A DNA stretch of 33,290 nt, from positions 1 to 33,290 of the forward strand of contig JBEQLE010000046.1 in NCBI GenBank assembly GCA_040326155.1. The letters run 5' to 3'. A model generated the notes under the pieces. The model did not search any database. It worked only from the letters and a program-made list of their open reading frames with translations, and was not told the DNA's origin. Made by a program: the position numbers and the translations under genes. Position 1 is the stretch's first letter. The number at the start of each line of letters is the position of its first letter. This DNA is from Leptospirales bacterium. GTDB lineage: Bacteria; Spirochaetota; Leptospiria; Turneriellales; JAOUFE01. Below are positions 1 to 8,512 of the stretch, in pieces.

Positions 1-666
1 AACTCTTCATCGTATTTTGCCATTTTATCACCTCTTTATTTTTACGCAGAGGTGTCCAGAAAAATGGGGTCATATCACTCTTTATTTCTTATCATTATTT
101 TATTGATTATTTTTATTATATTGTTTCTTCCAATAATAATTTTAATTGTTCATATTATTAAAAAAGTAAATATTCTACATATCTTTTTGTCTATAGATCC
201 ATTGTTAATATTTAATACTTTAGTAATTTTTGTAGGTATTATTATTATACTTCTAAGAGAGAGTGTTTATAGGGAAATCCGCTCTTTAAATTCTGTAGAA
301 CATATAATTTTTAATTTTCCAGACCTCTGTGAATCAGAATTTAACTTTTTTATCAAAGCGACACGGCATGATATACTTTTTCAAGATTATGGCCTTTTCT
401 TAAGTAGTTTTTTTTCAAACCAATATCAAATACTTTTTAACAAATATAAAGACTATAAATATACCCAAAATGATATAGACACAAAATTAGGTTTAATTGT
501 ACAATTTAATAATTATCTTGATTTTAGTCAAAAAACAATAAAATGGCAGAATTCTCATATAGACGGTAAATTACGTTCAAAGTGGGCGTTTCGCATTATT
601 AAGGAAAAAGAAAGAAGGCGTACTATTAAGAAATTTCGCAAAATTTTACTAAAAAGTCATTCCTAA
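1..666 (+). CDS. Hypothetical membrane protein, possibly 5'-truncated by the window edge
   Basis: ORF track 52..666, and the frame stays open back to base 1. Two long hydrophobic segments are followed by a soluble basic C-terminus. No family recognised. Confidence 0.6.
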   Translation, partial: NSSSYFAILSPLYFYAEVSRKMGSYHSLFLIIILLIIFIILFLPIIILIVHIIKKVNILHIFLSIDPLLIFNTLVIFVGIIIILLRESVYREIRSLNSVEHIIFNFPDLCESEFNFFIKATRHDILFQDYGLFLSSFFSNQYQILFNKYKDYKYTQNDIDTKLGLIVQFNNYLDFSQKTIKWQNSHIDGKLRSKWAFRIIKEKERRRTIKKFRKILLKSHS

Positions 667-724
667 AAGATTACGGTGTCTAACGAGTCTGTTGAATAAG
701 GAAATCAGATGACTGTAACCCCCT

Positions 725-2497
725 TTAAACACCCCACCGCTCCACACCCCTTTGCATCGCCGTCGTCTCAACAGCCTCCACGAGCGCTGAAAAAAGTGGA
801 TTCTCCCAGTTCTTCTCCGGCAATTTTTGTCCGGCGAATTTTCGAGCCTCCGTAAAAAAGCGACCGCTTTTGTTTTCATTCAAAATACGCCAATAGTAAA
901 CTATATGCTCTTTCCTTTTTTGCAACAGATTGTATTCGGGAAGTTTGTCTCGTTTAGCATTGTTGACTTTGGAATCAACTGGGAGCAAATTCCAGAGATC
1001 GTTGTTGTGCCAGAGAGAATACGCAATCACATGATCGACATCAAATTTGTTTTTCAAGGTTTTACCGCTCCAGACACATTCAGGAGAGTCTAGACCCAAA
1101 AATATTTTACGCGACGCCAGAACATCTCGTCTGGGGTCAAAGTGCTCTAACAAGACAGAGAGAATTTCAGCTTTGGTAATCTCGATATTGCTGTTTTTAC
1201 CTGCCGCGTTTTTGGCCATTTTTTCGGAAAGTTCTGCCCAACGCAAAAGCAGTGAGTCATGAATCCAGTGACCCATTAATGTAAGGTCCCTCCAAATATC
1301 CGGCGAAACAACCACACTTTTCGATTGTGGATCATAAGAGAAAACCGGCTCGCCTGCGGTAGACATACCCGCATAGGTGACGGGCCCTTTTACAATGGTT
1401 TCTCCGATTTTGGAATACAGCGATTTAATTTTTTTATAAATTACACTTTTTACTTTATTTGAATTAACCGTTTTTTGATAATCCTCACTCTCTATGACCT
1501 CTCGGTAGGCGCTATAACCTCCCGATTGCGAAAAATAATCGATAATTTCAAGAAGATTAGACTTAAAAGCCATGTCTTTATTTGAGTTATTCGTCTGCGG
1601 TATTGGTTTTGTATATGACAAAAGATGATAATAATACTCAATCCATTTTTCAGTAATAATGCGCAGCGGAACATGAACCCCGGCTTGTAAATTATTCTCG
1701 TTATTTATAGAAATAAAATCGACGACTTTTTGATTCTCCCTTGCGATATCGCACAAGGCCCGAAACAGAGCCAGTTTATATGTCGCCGATTTTTTATCGC
1801 GGTTTAAAATTGCCTCGACCTTGTCTATGGGTCTACTCTCATCGGAATTCACCAGTTGAAAAGCCATGTTGACCCAGGTTACACCGGGTCGGTTCATTCC
1901 ATCTTCAGCCGGTTCTATAAATATTTTTTGAAAACCCAATTGTGCCAGCAAAAGTTCAATTTCGCCCGGAGAATACATAATGAATAGACGATCATGCTCA
2001 TCACGCTCTTCACTTTTTCGGTTGGGACGACTTGCAGGCAAAGAGATCAGCAAACGGCCTTTCTCTTTCAGTAAATTTTTTATTGTAAATACTGAATTAA
2101 ATAGATCTTCCCGAGCGATGTGTTGCAAAACCGCAGAGCATAAAATTCCTGAATATTTTGGATCCGGCTCATTCGCTTTTAATGCTTTCAATGAATCGAG
2201 CTCAGGCAAGGAACCTGCGAACAAACGATCTTTCAAATTATTATAATAGCCTACGGCTTGGTCCCTCATTTCAACAACAGGTTCAACCCCGATTGCGTCA
2301 TACCCCTTTTCAAGCAGTCGAGCAAGATCACGACCAGACCCTGCACCGATGTCGAGGTATTTTCCACTTTTGTCGGGAAAAACAGATTCCACTAAGTCGG
2401 TAATTCCATTTTTTGCTTTGTCATATAACCCGGTCAGGTTGGTAGCACTGTTTTTATAATATTCTTGCGTTAATTCATCCACGGGGTGGTTTTCCAC
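725..2497 (-). CDS. Class I SAM-dependent methyltransferase fused to a C-terminal HNH endonuclease
   Basis: N-terminal motif I YLDIGAGSGRD and ILCSAVLQH. Central ATYKLALFRAL helix of the kind seen in HNH restriction-like proteins. C-terminal CVWSG...DVDHVI...NDLWNLLP...VNNAKRDKLP HNH motif. GTG start. Confidence 0.85.
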   Translation of the reverse strand: MENHPVDELTQEYYKNSATNLTGLYDKAKNGITDLVESVFPDKSGKYLDIGAGSGRDLARLLEKGYDAIGVEPVVEMRDQAVGYYNNLKDRLFAGSLPELDSLKALKANEPDPKYSGILCSAVLQHIAREDLFNSVFTIKNLLKEKGRLLISLPASRPNRKSEERDEHDRLFIMYSPGEIELLLAQLGFQKIFIEPAEDGMNRPGVTWVNMAFQLVNSDESRPIDKVEAILNRDKKSATYKLALFRALCDIARENQKVVDFISINNENNLQAGVHVPLRIITEKWIEYYYHLLSYTKPIPQTNNSNKDMAFKSNLLEIIDYFSQSGGYSAYREVIESEDYQKTVNSNKVKSVIYKKIKSLYSKIGETIVKGPVTYAGMSTAGEPVFSYDPQSKSVVVSPDIWRDLTLMGHWIHDSLLLRWAELSEKMAKNAAGKNSNIEITKAEILSVLLEHFDPRRDVLASRKIFLGLDSPECVWSGKTLKNKFDVDHVIAYSLWHNNDLWNLLPVDSKVNNAKRDKLPEYNLLQKRKEHIVYYWRILNENKSGRFFTEARKFAGQKLPEKNWENPLFSALVEAVETTAMQRGVERWGV

Positions 2498-2636
2498 ATT
2501 TACTCAGAAAACACATTTTCCTTACTGGAAGGTCATCGTAAAGCGAAATTTCGCGCTGTAACCATTTTGTGTGTCAAATAGTTTATATTCTGCTATACAA
2601 ACAGATTAAAACCCCACCACCACATTCGCCAATAAC

Positions 2637-2707
2637 ATATCGTATTGGGTGACCAAGTCAGGGAAAAGGGGTACATTCGCGCACCAAAGAATTCCGGCTT
2701 TTCCCCT
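2637..2707 (+). repeat. Dispersed two-hairpin repeat, copy R1 (short form)
   Basis: ATATCGTATTGGGTGAC-CA-AGTCAGGGAAAAG...CTTTTCCCCT. Matches 10133, 14479 and 16011 but lacks their 20-nt GAA-loop insert. Confidence 0.85.
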
Positions 2708-2713
2708 CGTACT

Positions 2714-2965
2714 CTAATGGTTCGTATGCGTTTTGGCGTCTTTTAAGAGCGACTTGTCGATACTCCAAATGGTTACGGTATCTATTTTCGGATATTTTTT
2801 GACTAAAGCCAAAATTACCTGGTAATCGCGCGACGCCCCTAAAATAGTATTTCGAAAGCGCTGGTAATCTTTGTTACTCGTAAAACCCATATTAGCAGCG
2901 GCATTTTTTAAGAATCTGTATTCTAACTTGATTGCCGATTTTAATTTTTCTGGTGTATCTAACAT
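2714..2965 (-). CDS. Small putative DNA-binding protein (Ner/Cro-like HTH)
   Basis: 83 aa with RBS CAGGAG upstream. The pattern TPEKLKSAIK...LKNAAANMG...FRNTILG...TIWS loosely resembles Mu Ner-type repressors. Divergent from two XRE HTH genes. Confidence 0.55.
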   Translation of the reverse strand: MLDTPEKLKSAIKLEYRFLKNAAANMGFTSNKDYQRFRNTILGASRDYQVILALVKKYPKIDTVTIWSIDKSLLKDAKTHTNH

Positions 2966-3184
2966 AATGTATCTCCTGAAGAAAATTTATAAGTTATAGT
3001 AAAAAATTTAATTTGTAATTCTTTAAACAATACATATTTACAGACATATTTCAGCAATAAAATTACTGTTCCTTATATGAACTATTTGAGATATTGGTTA
3101 CAGCAAAGGAACATTTACGGTTTGATATTTAAGCCTACGAATTAGGCTAAACAAATTAGACAATAATATTTTACTAAACAATAT

Positions 3185-3556
3185 GTGCTTATGATAAAAT
3201 TAAACAAAACTGTTTTACAACGTTTCGAATCGGTTATTAAAAACAGTGGTTTGAATAAAAAAGAGTTCGCTGCGACAATTGGTTTAGCGCCTGCCTCTTT
3301 ATCTGAATTAACAAGCGGACGAACCAAGGCATTTTCGAATCCAGTCTTGAAAGCTATGGCAGCCGTGCATGGTGTAAACATAAACTGGCTAACAACCGGA
3401 AAGGAAGAACCTTACACTTCGTCGAATGCAATGGCTTCCACTTTTGAGTTTGACTTATTGTACAAATATCGAAGATTTACGACAATAAATAAAGATACAT
3501 TTGGAATATTCTACGAAACATTACTGAGACTACAAGAAGAGAAAGAAAAGGGGTAA
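3185..3556 (+). CDS. XRE/cI-like helix-turn-helix transcriptional regulator
   Basis: GLNKKEFAATIGLAPASLSELTSGRT HTH and VNINWLTTGK motif. No S24 peptidase domain. True start may be the ATG at 3191. Confidence 0.85.
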   Translation: MLMIKLNKTVLQRFESVIKNSGLNKKEFAATIGLAPASLSELTSGRTKAFSNPVLKAMAAVHGVNINWLTTGKEEPYTSSNAMASTFEFDLLYKYRRFTTINKDTFGIFYETLLRLQEEKEKG

Positions 3557-3558
3557 AT

Positions 3559-3951
3559 ATGCAACTAAACCAAGAAATACTTGACAGATTGGAAAAAGTT
3601 TTAACAGAAAATAATTTGAACAAAAGACAATTTGCCCTCTCGATTGGCGCCCAGACTTCGGGCATATCCGAGGTTTTTAATGGAAATATAGGTTCGCTTT
3701 CGGGAACAACCGTTAAAATTTTAGAAGTAATATATGGAATTAATCCTATATGGCTTGAAACCGGTTCGGGTAAACAGTACAAAAGTACAATCGTTACAAT
3801 GGATGAGGAGGAGAGCCAAATGATCGCCAAAACCAGAAAATTAACGAAAGAGAATAAAGTTCTGTTAAAAGCTTTGATCGATACTCTATGGCTCAAGCAA
3901 TGTACAGATATCAAGAAAATGAAGCGAGCGGCAAAAAGATCTAAAAAATAA
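3559..3951 (+). CDS. XRE/cI-like helix-turn-helix transcriptional regulator (paralog of upstream gene)
   Basis: NLNKRQFALSIGAQTSGISEVFNG HTH and INPIWLETGSG motif. Aligns end to end with 3185..3556. Confidence 0.85.
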   Translation: MQLNQEILDRLEKVLTENNLNKRQFALSIGAQTSGISEVFNGNIGSLSGTTVKILEVIYGINPIWLETGSGKQYKSTIVTMDEEESQMIAKTRKLTKENKVLLKALIDTLWLKQCTDIKKMKRAAKRSKK

Positions 3952-3962
3952 CCAAGCTTTAA

Positions 3963-4016
3963 AGGGTGGCAGTCGCCCCCCTCGCTCCGGCCGCCGGGCG
4001 TCCTCCGCTACCCCCC
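3963..4016 (-). repeat. Diverged two-hairpin repeat, copy R5
   Basis: Reverse strand reads GGGGGGTAGC-GGAGGACGC-CCG-GCGGCCG-GAGCGAGGGGGGCGACTGCCACCCT. Its core equals the R2 insert GGAGGACGC-GAA-GCGGCCG except for the loop, and its flanks match 25531-25581. Confidence 0.7.
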
Positions 4017-4198
4017 ACGTTCTCTTTTTCACATGGCTTCCTGTTTAAAGTTTTGTTGGGGGTAGAAGATTACGTGTGAATGTAGTTGATTGCCATATAG
4101 TCTAAGGCATTATTGCACGAGATTACTTTTTATCTTTACAAAGGGCTAACTTGGTAAAAATATTATCAATTTTATGGAAAATTCATTATATTGAACCG

Positions 4199-4963
4199 AT
4201 GCAGGATAAATTCTACACGGATCAAATCGGGATTAAGCGAAATAAAAACAAAGCAATTATTTACCCAATAAATACAAATACAAATACAAAGACAAAGACA
4301 AAGACAAAGACAAAGACAAATATACATCTTACCATTTCATGGAATAATAAAAGCAATAATTATGATTTACATTTAAAGAATGAAAAAACAAAACAGTATA
4401 TACCTTTAGCAGAATTTGCAGAATCTAATTACGATCTATTGATTGAGTGTCTACCTTCTATTTTCATCAAATATTGGAAAAACTATTATAGACCGGTTCG
4501 CATAGGCTGGCTGGGGCACCGAGGGTACAATATACAAATCTTTAAAAATCGTCTTAATGCTGACCTTGAAGAACACTTAGGAATCGATTTAGAAAGCAAG
4601 AATATCTATTTTGATATAAAAAAAATGAATCAATTTATTAAAGACAATATCAACGACTATGTGAATATTCTTGACCCAAAAGATATTACACCGTACAATA
4701 TTGATGTAAATGACCGACTACAAGCATTTAAGTATATTAATAATAAAAGGAAATCATTCGATTTATACCAGAGGCCATCTCAACATAATCCAGATAAACT
4801 TGTATTATTGAAAATTGATTCCCGTAAAGCAAGGCGATCATTTGACAGAATTATTGTTGAAATATCCAAAATATTACAAATAGATGTAGAAGGTGTTTTT
4901 AATGACCTTAACTCTCATATTGATTTAAATGAGATTTTCAACTTTGGCCAAAACGACACATAA
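4199..4963 (+). CDS. Hypothetical protein (cassette-like gene) containing an NT/KT dipeptide repeat
   Basis: ORF track 4151..4963 with ATG at 4199. Very AT-rich. The stop codon lies inside the ACATAAC end of an attC-like hairpin. Confidence 0.65.
   Translation: MQDKFYTDQIGIKRNKNKAIIYPINTNTNTKTKTKTKTKTNIHLTISWNNKSNNYDLHLKNEKTKQYIPLAEFAESNYDLLIECLPSIFIKYWKNYYRPVRIGWLGHRGYNIQIFKNRLNADLEEHLGIDLESKNIYFDIKKMNQFIKDNINDYVNILDPKDITPYNIDVNDRLQAFKYINNKRKSFDLYQRPSQHNPDKLVLLKIDSRKARRSFDRIIVEISKILQIDVEGVFNDLNSHIDLNEIFNFGQNDT
4270..4323 (+). repeat. In-frame hexamer tandem repeat (AAATAC)x3 (AAAGAC)x5 AAATAT
   Basis: Read directly. Encodes NTNTNTKTKTKTKTKTN. Confidence 0.95.
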
Positions 4964-5157
4964 CGAGTTTTAATTTCATCTGACGTTTCGAGACTACCGG
5001 AGTCAGCCAGGCTCGCACCAAACTAACCTCCCGTAGGCTTTGGCTATTTGCCAAAGAGTTTCGTGCGAGCTCTGGTGGATTAGGCAAGGCATCCCAAAAT
5101 ATGTTTGAGCGAAGCGAAACCCGAAGGCTCGCCTGAACAGATTAAAATTTGTTATCG
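4958..5157 (+). repeat. attC-like long imperfect palindrome (integron cassette recombination site-like)
   Basis: Begins ACATAAC and ends GTTATCG. TAACGAGTTTTAAT pairs with ATTAAAATTTGTTA. Inner stems are GCTCGCACCAAACT/AGTTTCGTGCGAGC (5011-5024/5057-5070) and CTTTGGC/GCCAAAG. At 200 bp it is longer than canonical attC sites. Confidence 0.6.
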
Positions 5158-5228
5158 GCAGTCAACGCCACACTAATAAATACAAGCTAGGTACGAGAAC
5201 AACTTGTTTAATCAAACCAACTGCACAA

Positions 5229-6659
5229 CTAGTCTTTTGACACAAATTCAACCACGAAATTGGTATCCGGGGGACATGCATAGTCACTACCTGCATCGCC
5301 GTAGGCAAAGCCATACACATTTTTGAATTGGCTGGAATTCTGTATGTTTGTATTATATGTAGAAGTGTTTGCGCCAATATCGCCGGGAGCCACATCGCAA
5401 CTGCCTGGTGTACTATATTGTCCAGTACAACAAAATTGATCTGCATTGCCAGTTCCGTTTAACTTTGCATAAGTACAGGGACTCATACATCCTTCAAACG
5501 CACCTTTTGTAGATGTTTTCGATAAAACCCAAGGTTTTGTAGGCCCTTTATAATTCAACGGTAATTGAGAACTGCTCGTGCACATAGTAGAGAGTGAAGT
5601 ATCACTTTTCGGCACTACCTGGGCTAATGAGTTTTTAGTGCTGTAATAACCAGCACCAAGAACATTTGAATTTTCAGGAGGCACGCTATACGTGCAATAC
5701 TCTGGCGAAGACGGATATAACCTAACACCCACATTATATCCATCAACAGCTGATATGTCAATGTTGCTTGAGCCCTTTGGAATACCAGTAATAACTTTCA
5801 AAATTGTAAACTCAATTTTGGTAGCGTAAGGACTCTGACCTGTAAAATACCCCCCCGTGCATACCCAATTAGCAGGGGGCTGAGGATTAGCTCCATTGCA
5901 TTGATCTACCGTTGGAGCTGTCTTGCACTCAGCCACAGACCCGGCTGTGCAATATGACGACAAATGAAAAGCTGCAGAATCTAATCCATTTAACCCCACT
6001 GTAACCACATAAGAGGAATTTTTTTGAATCGTGGCAACAATCGCTGTATTTTGGCAAGAAGGTGTGGAATTTTTACCATTACTTAAACTGCATGCTTCAC
6101 CAATCTGAATCACCGGATATGCTGTGTTATTCTCAAAGGTAATTGTACGATTACTATAACTTGTTTTTGTTGGATTAGTTGGTTTTTTTTTCACTGCTTT
6201 CCAAGCAGTGGTGCCAAACGCTACCGTATATACATTTGATGTGGCACCGTTTTGGGTCACTGGTGAATTGATCACAGCGCCAGGACAGGTGGTTGTGCTT
6301 GCAGCAACACTCCCTTTCGATAAAACAAATGTACAGCTGTACCACTGCTTGCTTTTTTGATAATAAAGATCATATGTTGCGTTCGTTACACCCGGTGTGT
6401 ACGACCCTGCAAAAACTTGCAAAGAAGTGTCCGGTATATATGCAACCTGTTTTTCATTTTGATAAATGTATATCGGGAGTGAAACACCGCTCCCCGGTAT
6501 TTGCCACATCAAAAAGGCACCTTTTGTCGGACTGGTTTCCGGTTCACACATAAAAACTGAACCCAAAAAAAGAAAACTCATCGGGAAAAATAATAGTTTT
6601 TTCAAATTCTTTTTGAAGAATATTGCATATAATTTGTTAGTCATCATAATAAGAGACAA
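5229..6659 (-). CDS. Thaumatin-like (PR-5 family) domain protein, probably exported or a lipoprotein
   Basis: Thaumatin signatures ITFENNT, TKIEFT, NIDISAVDGYNVGV, GCMSPC, FCCTGQY..PGSC and YGFAYGD...YACP..TNFVVEF. Cys-rich. N-terminal basic-then-hydrophobic stretch ends in Cys (FLFLGSVFMC). Exact start uncertain. Confidence 0.8.
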   Translation of the reverse strand: MSLIMMTNKLYAIFFKKNLKKLLFFPMSFLFLGSVFMCEPETSPTKGAFLMWQIPGSGVSLPIYIYQNEKQVAYIPDTSLQVFAGSYTPGVTNATYDLYYQKSKQWYSCTFVLSKGSVAASTTTCPGAVINSPVTQNGATSNVYTVAFGTTAWKAVKKKPTNPTKTSYSNRTITFENNTAYPVIQIGEACSLSNGKNSTPSCQNTAIVATIQKNSSYVVTVGLNGLDSAAFHLSSYCTAGSVAECKTAPTVDQCNGANPQPPANWVCTGGYFTGQSPYATKIEFTILKVITGIPKGSSNIDISAVDGYNVGVRLYPSSPEYCTYSVPPENSNVLGAGYYSTKNSLAQVVPKSDTSLSTMCTSSSQLPLNYKGPTKPWVLSKTSTKGAFEGCMSPCTYAKLNGTGNADQFCCTGQYSTPGSCDVAPGDIGANTSTYNTNIQNSSQFKNVYGFAYGDAGSDYACPPDTNFVVEFVSKD

Positions 6660-6822
6660 TGTAAATAACTAAATTGCCTGTCAAGCATATATCAAAATTA
6701 ATACGCCAAAATAAAATGCAATTTTATCACTTTTAATGTCTATAACGAATGGGTAAGCCTTCAAATTGTAATTGGCGCTTTTCAGCCAATTACAATTTGA
6801 CTTGCTTCTGTCTTTATCGGAA

Positions 6823-7014
6823 TTACTTATTGAGCAATTTCAGCAGCCCTATGAGATTCGCTTCGGTTATCTCGGTGTCGCCGATGGTAATCGTCCCCTT
6901 AACGGTAGCCGCTCCTTTGACCGTCAACCCAGCGTCGAATGTGACGCCGTGTGTGACCGACAGTGTCTGAGCTGATACTGATCCAACAGTTAAGTTTTTC
7001 AATGGTTCATTCAT
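6823..7014 (-). CDS. Small protein with short beta-strand repeats (spike/fibre-like)
   Basis: Strong RBS AAGGAG before the ATG. Periodic LTV/LSV/VTF/LTVKG/ATVKG/ITIG strands followed by an amphipathic helix. Confidence 0.6.
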   Translation of the reverse strand: MNEPLKNLTVGSVSAQTLSVTHGVTFDAGLTVKGAATVKGTITIGDTEITEANLIGLLKLLNK

Positions 7015-7450
7015 TAATTTCTCCTTATCAAGTGTAATTTAAAAAATTGCAATAACTTCAGCCCTCCCCAAGGAGTGAAAAGCGTTAAAAGTGTACTTCA
7101 ATAATTATAATGCTTAGAATGTAAGTTAATTTTTCACTCTATTTTCTACTTTGTCACCACCTATAATATTAAAGTATAGCCTTTCGTATATTAAGGAGTT
7201 ATCTAAAATTATATGGAAATACTATTTAATTCAATTATATTGTCAATAATTATTTTTTTGTCCTATGAGGCCACGATGGCCGAGTTTCTCGAATCTCTGC
7301 GTCTTTTGCCGATAACACTTTTTGTACGTTGTAAACCATATTTATATCCGTAAGTAAAACCTACCCGCACTGAATATTTCATTGCCCACAATTGGCAGGA
7401 AAATTGCTGGTGGGTAATTACCGGCCTAGTTTTTTACAGCGCAGTGAACT

Positions 7451-7696
7451 CTAACTCGCCGTTTCAGCGACATTTTCGTGGCCGATGTTTTCGAATTGCA
7501 AGATCATGTATTTAACTTTATCTTCTTTGTGTCTTTTTAAACCGGTTTGTGTATTGATGACCTGTCCTTCTTTAGTTACAAGACGCAACGAGAAATTTTC
7601 CCCTGTAGAAAAACCCAATAAAACCTTCATACCTTTTACGGCCAAACCGGCGACATCGCTATTATGTATAAAGGGTAGGCCTTTTTCGTTTAACAT
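7451..7696 (-). pseudogene. Truncated PAS-domain paralog (C-terminal part only)
   Basis: KGMKVLLGF...RLVTKEGQVI...YMILQFENI aligns with the final PAS domains of the two upstream genes (KNGIKILTGL...FIIMQFDNI and KNAIKVVLGF...YLVLQLDNI). The N-terminal PAS strands are missing. Confidence 0.6.
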
Positions 7697-7741
7697 TTCT
7701 TCTTTTCTATAAAGTCTTACGTATACACCTAACCAAGTACC

Positions 7742-8503
7742 TTACTTAACGGCTTCAACTTCTGCGTAGTCGGTAATATTGTCAAATTGCATAATGATGA
7801 AAGCAGAGCCGCCTTCTTTTCGTTTGCTCAAGGTTAAATCTGCCTCGATGAAATTACCATCTTTCTTTGAAAAACGTATATTTGCTGTATTCTTTGTTTG
7901 CAAACCAGTTAAAATTTTTATTCCATTTTTAAGCATCAATTTAAAATCGCCAGAATATACAATATCCGCTCCTCGTAATTTCATCATTTCATTATCGTTA
8001 TCGTTATAACCAAAAGCCTGAGAACATTTTTTATTTGCATAGACAAAACCGCCAAGTGGTTTACCAACAAGAATGGCGCTTGAGTTATCCTTTTCAATTG
8101 CGACGACGAGTTTAGCAATATTTGGATCTTTCTGCTTTTTGGCTGTTTCACCAATAATAGTAATATTTTCAAGTTGTATAACAGTCAAAGCCATACCGGA
8201 TTTATCGCGGTTACCTGTAATTGTCAAACCCGCTTTAATAATTTTACCATCTTTGCGAAGCAAACGAGCTTCCGTAGAAATATTTTTATTTGGCGTAGTA
8301 AAAATATCGACAATCGCTTCTGCAATGGAATGAACATCATCAGCGTGAATAAGTTCACTTTGTTTTATACCTAATAGTTCATCATTTTCATAGCCAAGAG
8401 TTTGAGAAATAAATTCATTGGCAAAACACATATTAGTAATATTTCGGTAAATAATAATACCACTTGCATCCTGATTCGTTAAACCCGCTAATATCTTCTC
8501 CAT
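7742..8503 (-). CDS. PAS-domain-only protein (2 PAS domains)
   Basis: FANEFISQTLGYENDELLG...LIHADD...RLLRKDG and YANKKCSQAFGY...RFSKKDG. No kinase, GGDEF or HTH output. Confidence 0.85.
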   Translation of the reverse strand: MEKILAGLTNQDASGIIIYRNITNMCFANEFISQTLGYENDELLGIKQSELIHADDVHSIAEAIVDIFTTPNKNISTEARLLRKDGKIIKAGLTITGNRDKSGMALTVIQLENITIIGETAKKQKDPNIAKLVVAIEKDNSSAILVGKPLGGFVYANKKCSQAFGYNDNDNEMMKLRGADIVYSGDFKLMLKNGIKILTGLQTKNTANIRFSKKDGNFIEADLTLSKRKEGGSAFIIMQFDNITDYAEVEAVK

Positions 8504-8512
8504 GATCTTTCT

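Noticed and set aside
725..2497. Cas9/IscB or classical type II R-M fusion
   Set aside because: No RuvC motifs or bridge helix, and no DNA-MTase catalytic motif visible.
2714..7014. Intact prophage
   Set aside because: Only regulator-like genes and one tiny fibre-like ORF. No integrase, terminase, capsid, tail or lysis genes.
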